Origin: Eledone cirrhosa
Taxonomy: Eukaryota
Length of the DNA stretch: 64,000 nt
NCBI GenBank assembly: GCA_964016885.1
Contig: OZ024742.1
Location: 324,570,001-324,634,000, forward strand
Reading direction: 5' to 3'
Below are positions 11,768 through 21,700 of this stretch, one piece after another. Made by a program: the position numbers and the translations under genes. The notes beneath the pieces are model-generated. The model was not told the DNA's origin and made no database searches. It saw only the letters and a list, made by a program, of their open reading frames with translations. Position 1 is the first letter of the stretch. Each line of letters opens with the position of its first letter.

Positions 11768-11862
11768 AATGAAGATATATATTTAACGCTTGATGTAATA
11801 GAAAAAGAGTCTAAACGGTTCGGAAGTTAATCATTCATCAGAAGAGAGAATGGGAGATAAAA
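11768..11862 (-). other. Diverged repeat copy 2 containing a degenerate hammerhead-like motif (11810-11845)
   Basis: Minus strand reads UCUU-CUGAUGA-augauuaacuuc-CGAAC-CG-UU-UAGA. Confidence 0.45.
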
Positions 11863-12417
11863 GAAAAATAGAATCATAGAATAGAATGGTAGAGGAAGAA
11901 ATGGAAACAAATTTTTTCCGGATGGAAAGGATGTGTGCATTGAGGCAACCATTTAGACAACTAGGATATATCTACATATATATGGTTGTATGTGTACATG
12001 TGCGTTTGTTTGTCTCTGTGTGCGCATTTCTGTGTGTATGTGTATTTATGAGGTGTGAGTATGTGAGCCATATATGTAAATATTGTGTTAACAAGGTACT
12101 TTTCACGAAGCTTTTCAACAAAAGCTCACATAATAATAATGCACTGTTTGAAGATACAACATAGTATGCAGTGGAAGACTTAACAGAGAGGATCAACTTC
12201 TGATACACGATATAAAGGAAATAAGTGAGATCATACTTCTCAGCAAGACTTCCGCTATAGAAAGCTATATTTCGTAAATCATAATTCTCATCAGACGAGG
12301 CGATGAAGATAGGATAACTCTCTGACCAATATTATAAAGCTATTTGTCACGCAATGTATGGTATTAAATTGCCCGAGAGGGCTAAGTGTACAAAAATCAG
12401 ACACATTTTCTGTCCAA

Positions 12418-12419
<2 letters not shown>

Positions 12420-12510
<91 letters not shown>

Positions 12511-12526
12511 GTGTGTATATATATAT
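12420..12526. repeat. (TA)n microsatellite preceded by a mariner-like TIR end
   Basis: TA run. The adjacent ttttctgtccaacc reads TAGGTTGGACAGAAAA on the minus strand, similar to mariner TIR starts; no partner TIR was seen. Confidence 0.8.
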
Positions 12527-13425
12527 ACACAGAAGTATTTCCACAATAGTTAGTGGAACTACTTCTACCAAACTCATCCCATGGACTGAGTGCTCTACTA
12601 CTACGGATATAACCCTCCAATGTGCTACTATTATATATATAGTAATAACTAATTAGTAGGGACGATGCTTCAAATTATGATTAAACTTATTTAGGTGTGA
12701 CGCGCGTTTCGTGATTGATCAGCTCGAGGTTCGATCTATATCGATCGGGCCCGACTCTGGAATCAGTATATATTTATCTATGTGTATGTGTGTGTCCGCC
12801 GTGTGTGCCTGTATACTGAAGGGAATGGGCTTTCTTTGGTGTCACCTGATCAAAATATTAGCTTTCTCTTGAAATCAAGCTGTAGTTAGCTGAGCATTCT
12901 ACAGGCACATATACCTTTAACACTATTCTCAGGGAGATTCAGCGTTACACAGTGTGTAAGAAAATATTTATTGGAATAATGGTCACAGTCGATTCTATGG
13001 GTTACAAAACAGTTTCTGTTTACCTAATTTGATTCACAAGGCATTGATTGACTCGAGGGTAGGGTGAACGACAATTGGTCACGATTTCATATTCGGGACA
13101 TACAGATTATGAAAACATCTCCTTGATTCTTGTTAGGACATCATTCTAGGAGAAGGAAAATTCTGATGTAAAACCTGCAGCCAATGATGTAGACCTGTTT
13201 TTCTTTTTGTATACCCGTGACCGTTGTTTATAGAGTGGGGTTGGTCCAGTGTAATGCCTTTCTATATTTACAAAAATCTTCAAGCACAGACATCACATGT
13301 GCTAAACGACTTTCACATGCGTTGCGTGAGCATGGCCTTTGATCTTTGCTTTTTCGCTACACCATATGCAGAAACAAATCTAAGTCATTGGGGTGCTAAA
13401 AAGTCATGTTCGTGCTACCCATGTA

Positions 13426-13522
13426 TGAGAAAAAGGTGAAGTGGTGGCACTTGAGAAACCGAGATGCAGCCATTGAGAAAAAAGGTGAAGTGGTGGCACT
13501 TTAGAAACCGAGATGCAGCCAT
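13426..13522. repeat. Tandem duplication of a 48/49-bp unit
   Basis: tgagaaaaaggtgaagtggtggcact(tg/tt)agaaaccgagatgcagccat occurs twice. Confidence 0.95.
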
Positions 13523-13767
13523 TATATGTATGCATGTATGTATGTGTGTATGTATGTATACGGAATGTGTGACGAAAGTGCTTTGACGATATAACGAACA
13601 AGTAATAACTAATAAAGCAACAGTGAAAATGAAATGCGTCTTGACTGGAAAAATTGACAAAATGATCCTCCCTAAATATTAAAAATGTCTGCTTCAACAC
13701 ACAATTTCACATAAAAAAATCTTGCAAAGCAAATGCATAAACGTATGTATAAATATATTGGGTAAAC

Positions 13768-14092
13768 ACCCCCTTCGGTCACGAATGACCATGGGATTTG
13801 CATATAGAAATTTCCCCTCCGAGGCACAAGTCCGGCCAAGGTTGTTTGTGGAAGACCAGCAGTCAGCAATGCATAATAATCTCCCCTCTCCACGCCACCG
13901 ATGTTATCCAAGGGAAAGGTAAAGGCCTATACAGCTTGACACGAGTGACGTCGCAACTCATTTCTACAGCTGAGTAAACTGGAGCAACGTGAAATAAAAT
14001 GTCTTGCTCAAGGAAACAACGCATCACCTGGTCCAAGAATCGAACCCACAACCTCCCGATTGCAAGCCCAATGCTCTAACCACGGGGCCATG
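13768..14092 (-). mobile_element. Near full-length tRNA-derived SINE of a second family (about 325 bp)
   Basis: Minus-strand head tggccccgtggttagagc...ggttcgattc carries A and B boxes. It is followed by a ttgagcaagacattttatttcacgttgctccagtttactcagctgtagaaatgag central domain and a GC-richer 3' part. Confidence 0.85.
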
Positions 14093-14137
14093 TACATGTG
14101 TGTATGTGTGTGTGTGTGTGTGCGTGTGAGTGTGTGA

Positions 14138-14184
<47 letters not shown>

Positions 14185-14954
14185 ACAAATATCTGTGTAT
14201 ATTCTTAAAATTTTACCAGATTCAATTATATTTTACCCGAATCAGTGTTCAGTATAGACTAGTTATTATATATTGATTGAAGTCTGGAACAAAACTAACA
14301 TAACGATTATTTAATATGTTGTACCTTTGCTCGCATACACGAACAGATTCATACACATACATACAGATACACATACATAAGTACATCAATACATACATAA
14401 ACTCAGAGATTTCATTCCTAGACAAAGAAATTGATGTCTGATGCTTTATGGAATCTCAACGGAAGTCTGCTTTTATATTTGCTGTTAACAATAGTATGTT
14501 TTATAACGCAATAATACACATGCACACACACACACACACACACATATATATAAAGTAGGGTGAATATGAGAGAAAAATACGTATATATTCTTATTTTTAT
14601 TCTATTTAAATGTGCTGCTGTTACATATATTTGCACAAATAAGTTTTACTTCTGTGAAGTGTTGCTCACCAAGCTGCCATTTAACTGTTTCAGTATTCTA
14701 TCACCTTCTTAAATGAGAATATTTTATTAGTTCTTTGCTCGAACTTTCGCCATTTCTGGAGAAAGAGTCACTGGGGGTAGCCTCCCATGACCATTCACCC
14801 GATGCAACATGGACGATTCCGAATAAGTGTGAAGTAGTATAGTTTCAGAGTGGCAGCAATAGCGGACGTGAAAGCTATGAAACGGTTTTCAAAATTTCAA
14901 GTGGTGGTTTAAGACATCACAAATTTGAGGCTAGAATTTTTACTGGTCTAGAAA

Positions 14955-15020
14955 GGTGTGTGGCTAAGTTGTTAGGGTGTTCGACTTACGATTGTAAAGT
15001 CCAGGTGTCACCTTGTGATC
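14955..15020 (+). mobile_element. Degenerate SINE head
   Basis: gtgtggctaagttgttagggtgttcgacttacgattgtaa resembles the tRNA-like head of the 13768 family. Confidence 0.35.
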
Positions 15021-15069
15021 TTACACTATATTTCTAGCTAGTCCAGTGCAATCAGCTTTATGAAATAAG

Positions 15070-16025
15070 TTGCAGTTGCAAGCCTTACTGTCTAGTCTGG
15101 AAACAACACCAAACCTCCTCTCGACTAAGAATGAGCTTGGAAAAGGCAGAGCAAATCTCTTAGCCTCTGCATGTAGGTGTGGAAATCAACGCTGAACTTC
15201 CTCTTGCATCCCAAAAAGGGGTTCACCTATTTTGGGAAATCTAATTTTGATCATGTCATCTGCTTGAAGTTCAATGAATTCTTCCTGAAATTTAACGTCA
15301 AAATCGTCGACGTTAGCTATGAAAGCATCTGCTATCCACATTGGGATGTCCATCGGCAAAAGGTCGACAGACTGTTCTTTCATGTTGTCTTCTAGTGCAC
15401 AGAGGTGAGCGGTATAAATTTGGAGTTGGTCATTGCTTACAATGTTTTGAACATTGGCGACACTAGGAAAATTATAGAATTCCCGTCAACAAAGATTCCT
15501 TTCGAAAACATTCAATTTGGCAGGAATGTTTTCACAGCATTCCTTGCTTTAAGCAAGGTGATCTTCTTCCCCTGCAAAACCAAAATGACGCTATTGCATT
15601 TGTCGAAGATGTTGGTGAGGTAGGCGCAGTCTTGCCTCACATCGAGGGTTTTCTTGTACAGTTCTGTGTTGCGTCCTCGCAGAAACTCAATGATAGAGTC
15701 GAAGAGTTCAAAGAAGTGAGTAAAGCACTTGCCCTTTGAAAACCACCTCACTTCAGTATGAAGGAGCAACTTGATGAATTCTTCGTCATTATCTTGGCAC
15801 AGTTGCTGGAAAATTCGTTCATTGAGGGAATGCCGTTTGATAAAATTGATGACATCAATGGCCACCTGCAAGGACTTTCTCAGAGGCTTGCTGAATTTCT
15901 TCGCAGCCAAGTGTTGTCGATGAATGGCACAATGAACAGCAAATACAGATAGATTTTCTCTCTTCAGAAGAGTGACGAAGCCCTTATGTTGGCCGGCCAT
16001 TGCTCCTGCGTCGTCCGTAGCACAT
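15070..16025 (-). pseudogene. hAT (Charlie/Buster, ZBED5/SCAND3-like) transposase remnant
   Basis: Motifs TDDAGAMAG, CxxH (VHCAIHRQHLAAK), LLLHTEVRWFSKG and QEEFIELQ, plus hATC-like FALPFPSSFLVERGF. Frameshifted, with the N-terminus missing. Confidence 0.92.
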
Positions 16026-16035
16026 GAAACAATGT

Positions 16036-16352
16036 GCGTTGTATATGCTCCTAGATGTATGTATTACCTGCCTGTGTGTTGTATGTAGTCCTAGATGTAT
16101 GTATTACCTGCTTATGTATTGCATGTGGTCCCAGCTGTATTTATTACCTTCTTGTGTGTTGTATGTGGTCCTAGATGTGTGTATTACCTCCTTATGTGTT
16201 GTATGTGGTCCTAGATGTATGTATTACCTGATTGGGTTGTATGTAGTCCTAGATGTATGTATTACCTGCTTATGTGTTGTATGTGGTCTTAGATGCGTAT
16301 ATTACCTGCTTATGTGTTGTATGTGGTCCTAGATGTGTGTGCTACCCGCTTC
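16036..16352. repeat. 40-bp minisatellite, about 8 copies
   Basis: Consensus gtatgtggtcctagatgtatgtattacctgcttatgtgtt recurs at 16041, 16081, 16121, 16161, 16201, 16239, 16279 and 16319. Confidence 0.95.
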
Positions 16353-16709
16353 AGTGTTTTCTTTCTTTTTTTTATTTGTAATATTATTTATACAATAGGG
16401 AATAAAATAGATCTACATAGTGTTAACTCGTTACGGTTGAGTCAATAATTTCAGACATGAAATACATTGTTATCGGTGAAGGAAAGATAAGATTTTAACT
16501 GGCTGCGCTCAAAGTGTCCTTTGACCCAGATGATTGTGGGTTTTTTCATTTTTAGGATCTCAATTACCGGTTAGTGTCTAGACACGCCTGCTCACAGCTG
16601 CGGTCAGACTATAATTATGCAGTCTGCAAGCTCATTCAAATGCATTCACACTGGCTGTCTCAAAGACATACAAATATGGCTTATAAAACTTACCAAAGTA
16701 AAGAGTCTT

Positions 16710-16836
16710 CCAGCGCCCCCTAGCCCCCCCCCCTCAAGCTCCAAACGCCCCCCTAACGCGACCTTGCTCCCAAACGCCCCCTGGAGTAGTTCCGAAACGC
16801 CCCCTGGGGTGCATATGACCCCCGTTGAGAACTTTG
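16710..16836 (-). mobile_element. hAT-Charlie-type terminus with subterminal CGCCCCC repeats
   Basis: Minus strand caaagttctcaacgggggtcatatgcaccccagggggcgttt resembles MER20/Charlie ends (CAGTGGTTCTCAAC...). There are four (aa)cgccccc(c)t motifs, and the orientation is consistent with the transposase remnant. Confidence 0.65.
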
Positions 16837-16938
16837 GACTAAATAATGATACAGCTGTTACAATTTGTTACACAGTATAGTAGTAGTAGTAGTGTGAACA
16901 ACACCATTAATATATATAGAGGTAATAGTATAAATAGT

Positions 16939-17026
16939 CTTCTTCTTTTTCTTCTTCTTCTTCTTCTTCTTCTTCTTCTTCTTCTTTTTCTTCTTCTTCT
17001 TCTTCTTCTTCTTTTTCTTCTTCTTC
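16939..17026. repeat. (CTT)n microsatellite
   Basis: Direct reading of the sequence. Confidence 0.95.
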
Positions 17027-17229
17027 AAAGTAGTAGTAACAGTATGAGCAGCAACAGCAGCAGAAGTATTAGTAGTAGTAGTGACATCAGCAACAACTGC
17101 AAAAACAATGGTGGTATAGATGAACGAGGAACAAATGGGAGGTGTAAAAAAGAAAGAAAGTTTTAAAAAAAAAGACATATATAACACACACACACACACA
17201 CAAAGACATACACACCTACACCCACATAT

Positions 17230-17304
<75 letters not shown>

Positions 17305-17610
17305 TATATATATATAAACAAAATGAGGTAAAAACAAACATAAACATATGAATGAACAAATGAGAGGTAAAACAACAAGAAAATCAACACGAAACAAAAA
17401 TTACAAATATACAAACGTAAGGTGAGTCTAAGAGAAAATAGGAAATGTTTATTCGGATGACTTGTGTCCGGTCACAGCGGTAGTTGGGCGGTTGGTGTGG
17501 TATCTAGGTATTGTTATGTGTTGGCGTTTGTTGAGTTTTTGTCGATTTTTTTTCTCGTTTGGTTGGTAGACTAGAGCAAATATTTTAGGAACAACACCAC
17601 CAACAATAAT

Positions 17611-17796
17611 TGTTTCTACTTTAGGCACAATGCCAGCAATAACCCAGTGCATTACTGGTACTTTATTTTATCGACCCCGTAAGGATGAAAGGCAAAGTTA
17701 ACCTCGGCTGGATTTGAACTCAGAATGGCAAGGGCCGTAACTCTATGCGTCAAAGCATGGCGTCAGACTCTCTACCGATACTGCCAATCCATCGCC
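17611..17796 (-). mobile_element. tRNA-derived SINE, same subfamily as 10049
   Basis: Highly similar to 10049-10233. The flanking direct repeat accaccaacaataat lies at 17596-17610 and 17807-17821. Confidence 0.92.
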
Positions 17797-17873
17797 ATTA
17801 ATAACAACCACCAACAATAATAGCATCAATAACAACAACAGCAGTAAAGATTACAGGCTGTCTAATTTTAGTA

Positions 17874-17880
17874 TTGATGT

Positions 17881-17925
<45 letters not shown>

Positions 17926-18373
17926 GCATGACGACGGCGATAATGATGAGTATGATGATGATAATGAGGTGGGTGATGGTGAGTAGACGAAGGGTGAGGT
18001 CGGTGATGAATATGATAACGATGTTGATAATGGCCTATATGATAGTGTTATTGATAATGGTTATGGTGGAGGTGGTGGGGGGTAACGACGATGGTAACGT
18101 CGGCGATGGCGATGATGGTGATGGTGATGATGATGATGATGACCGTGATAGTGATGAAGAAGATGATAATGATGATGATGATGGTGGTGATGATTATGAT
18201 GATCGTGATAGTGATGAAGAAGATGATAATGATGATGATGATGGTGGTGATGATTATGATGATGGTCATGAATATAATGATGAAGATTCTGACGAAGGTT
18301 TTTTTGACGCGGGGCCACGTTTGTGTGGGTGAAAATGTTGTGATGGTGGTGGTGTTAATGACGATGGTAACGT

Positions 18374-18410
<37 letters not shown>

Positions 18411-18430
18411 AATGATGATGATGGTGATGG
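17874..18430. repeat. Degenerate (GAT)n/(GGT)n low-complexity tract with a 60-bp tandem duplication (18121-18263)
   Basis: Direct reading; the stretches starting at 18121, 18181 and 18241 repeat in register. Confidence 0.9.
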
Positions 18431-18473
18431 TCATGCTCATACTGATGGTGGCCATCGCAGAAGAAATGAAGAT

Positions 18474-18660
18474 AATTGTTTCTAGATTAGGGACAAGGCC
18501 AGCAATTACGCAGTGTATTACTGGTACTTTATTTTATCGACCCCGTAAGGATGAAAGGCAAAGTCAACCTCGGCGGGATTTGAACTCAGATCGTAAAGGG
18601 ACGTAACTATGCTGGAAAGCATGGCGTCCGACCCTCTACCGATACTGCCAATCCTCCGCC
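18474..18660 (-). mobile_element. tRNA-derived SINE, same subfamily as 10049
   Basis: Highly similar to 10049-10233 and 17611-17796. Confidence 0.92.
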
Positions 18661-18749
18661 ATCCCATATAATGAAGGTTTTTCGCGGTGGGGCCACGTTT
18701 GTGTGGGCGACGATGAATGTTGTGATGGGGTTTGAGGTGGCGATGGTGA

Positions 18750-21700
18750 GGTGGTAGTAGGAATGGTGGTAGTAGGGATGGTGGTTGTGGTGAGGGAGTT
18801 GTGGTTACGGTGGCAGTGGAGTTGGTTGTGGTGTTGGTGGTTGTGGTGTTGATGGTAGTGGGGATGGTGGTTGTGGTGAGGGAGTTGTGGTTACGGTGGC
18901 AGTGGAGTTGGTTGTGGAGATGGTGGTTGTGGTGTTGATGGTAGTGGGGATGGTGGTTGTGGTGTTGGTGGTTGTGGTGTTGGTGATTGTGGTGTTGGTG
19001 GTTGTGGTGTTGGTGGTTGTGGTGTTGATGGTTGTGGTGTTGGTGGTTGTGGTGTTGGTGGTTGTGGTGTTGATGGTTGTGGTGTTGGTGGTTGTGGTGT
19101 TGGTGGTTGTGGTGTTGGTGGTTGTGGTGTTGGTGAGTGTGGTGTTGGTGGTTGAGGTGGTGGTTGTTGTGGTGTCGGTGGAAGTGGTGTTGGTGGTTGT
19201 GGTGTTGGTGGTTGTGGTGTCGGTGGTTGTGGTGTTGGTGGTTGTGGTGTTGGTGGTTGTGGTGTTGGTGGTTGTGGTGTTGGTGGTTGTGGTGTTGGTG
19301 GTTGTGGTGTTGGTGGTTGTGGTGTTGGTGGTTGTGGTGTTGGTGGTTGTGGTGTTGGTGGTTGTGGTGTTGATGGTTGTGGTGTTGGTGGTTGTGGTGT
19401 TGGTGGTTGAGGTGGTGGTTGTTGTGGTGTCGGTGGAAGTGGTGTTGGTGGTTGTGGTGTTGGTGGTTGTGGTGTTGGTGGTTGTGGTGTTGGTGGTTGT
19501 GGTGTTGGTGGTTGTGGTGTTGGTGGTTGTGGTGTTGGTGGTTGTGGTGTTGGTGGTTGTGGTGTTGGTGGCAGTGGCGTTGGTGAAGTGGTGTTGGTGA
19601 TTGTGGTGATGGTGTTTGTGATGTTGGTGGCTGTGGTGGTGGTGGGTGTGGTGTTGGTGGTTGTGGTGTTGGTGGTTGTGGTGTTGGTGGTCGTGGCGTT
19701 GGTGGTTGTGGTGTTGGTGGTTGTGATGATGGTGGTTGTGGTGTTGGTGGTTGTGGTGTTGGTGGTTGTGGTGTTGGTGGTTGTGGTGTTGGTGGGTGTG
19801 GTGTTGGTGAGTGTGGTGTTGGTGGTTGAGGTGGTGGTTGTTGTGGTGTCGGTGGAAGTGGTGTTGGTGGTTGTGGTGTTGGTGGTTGTGGTGTCGGTGG
19901 TTGTGGTGTTGGTGGTTGTGGTGTTGGTGGTTGTGTTGTTGGTGGTTGTGGTATTGGTGGTTGTGGTGTTGGTGGTTGTGGTGTTGGTGGAGGTGGTGTT
20001 GGTGGTTGTGGTGTTGGTGGTTGTGGTGTTGGTGGTTGTGGTGTTGGTGGTTGTGATGTTGGTGGTTGTGGTGTTGGTGGTTGTGGTGTTGGTCGTTCTG
20101 GTGTTGGTGGTTGTGGTGTTGGTGGTTGTGGTGTTGGTGGTTGTGGTGTTGGTGGTTGTGGTGTTGGTGGTTGTGGTGTTGATGGTTGTGGTGTTGGTGG
20201 TTGTGGTGTTGATGGTTGTGGTGTTGGTGGTTGTGGTGATGGTGGTTGTGATGTTGGTGGTTGTGGTGTTGGTAGTTGTGGTGTTGGTGGTTATGGTGTT
20301 GGTGGTTGTGGTGATGGTGGTTGTGTTGTTGGTGGTTGTGGTGTTGGTGGTTGTGGTGTTGGTGGTTGTGGTGTTGGTAGTTGTGGTGTTGGTGGTTGTG
20401 GTGTTGGTGGTTGTGGTGATGGTGGTTGTGGTGTTGATGGTTGTGGTGATGGTGGTTGTGGTGTTGGTGGTTGTGGTGTTGGTGGTTGTGGTGTTGGTGG
20501 TTGTGGTGTTGGTGGTTGTGGTTATGGTGGTTGTGGTGTTGGTGGTTGTGGTGTAGGTGGTTGTGGTGATGGTGGTTGTGGTGTTGGTGGTTGTGGTGTT
20601 GGTGGTTGTGGTGTTGGTGGTTGTGGTGTTGGTAGTTGTGGTGTTGGTGGTTGTGGTGTTGGTGGTTGTGGTGATGGTGGTTGTGGTGTTGTTGGAAGTG
20701 TCGTTGTTGGTTGTGGTGTTGGTGTTTGTGGTGTTGGTGGTTGTGGTGATGGTGGTTGTGGTGTTGGTGGTTGTGGTGTTGGTGGTTGTAGTGTTGGTGG
20801 TTGTGGTGTTGGTGGAGGTGGTGTTGGTGGTTATGGTGTTGGTGGTTGTGGTGTTGGTGGTTGTGGTGATGGTGGTTGTGATGTTGGTGGTTGTGGTGTT
20901 GGTAGTTGTGGTGTTGGTGGTTGTGGTTTTGGTGGTTGTGGTGTTGGTGGTTGTGGTGATGGTGGTTGTGATGTTGGTGGTTGTGGTGTTGGTAGTTGTG
21001 GTGTTGGTGGTTGTGGTGTTGGTGGTTGTGGTGTTGGTCGTTGTGGTGTTGGTGGTTGTGGTGTTGGTGGTTGTGGTGTTGGTGGTTGTGATGTTGGTGG
21101 TTGTGGTGTTGGTGGTTGTGGTGTTGTTGGTTGTGGTGATGGTGGTTGTGATGTTGGTGGTTGAGGTGGTGGTGGTTGTGGTGTTGGTGGTTGTGGCGTT
21201 GGTGGTTGTGGTGTTGGTGGTTGTGGTGTTGGTGGTTGTGGTGTTGGTCGTTGTGGTGTTGGTGGTTGTCGTGTTGGTGGTTGTGGTGTTGGTGGTTGTG
21301 GTGATGGTGGTGTGGTGTTGGTGGTTGTGGTGTTGGTGGAAGTGTTGTTGTTGGTTGTGGTGTTGGTGGTTGTGGTGTTGGTTGTCGTGGCGTTGGTGGT
21401 TGTGGCGTTGGTGGTTGTGGTGTTGGTGGTTGTGGTGTTGGTGGTTGTGGTGTTGGTGGTTTTGGTGTTGGTGGTTGTGGTGTTGATGGTTCTGGTGTTG
21501 GTGGTTGTGGTGTTGGTGGTTGTGGTGTTGGTGGTTGTGTTGTTGGTGGAAGTGGTGTTGGTGGTTGTGGTGTTGGTGGTTGTGGTGTTGGTGGTTGTGG
21601 TGTTGGTGGTTTTGGTGTTGGTGGTTGTGGTGTTTGTGGTTGTGGTGATGGTGGTTGTGGTATTGGTGGTTGTGGTGTTGGTGGAAGTGGTGTTGGTGGT

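Noticed and set aside
13145-13185. ctaggagaaggaaaattctga motif resembling RTE LINE 5' UTRs
   Set aside because: Too short, with no adjacent coding homology to support a call.
14020-14092. tRNA gene, and likewise the heads near 10233, 17796 and 18660
   Set aside because: A and B boxes are present but there is no intact cloverleaf, and each head continues into a SINE body.
16036-16352. CRISPR-like array
   Set aside because: The units are contiguous tandem 40-mers without unique spacers, the context is eukaryotic, and no cas genes are present.
17874-18332. Asp-rich acidic (biomineralisation-like) protein ORF
   Set aside because: It is a degenerate (GAT)n tract with a poly-Met start and no signal peptide or splice support.
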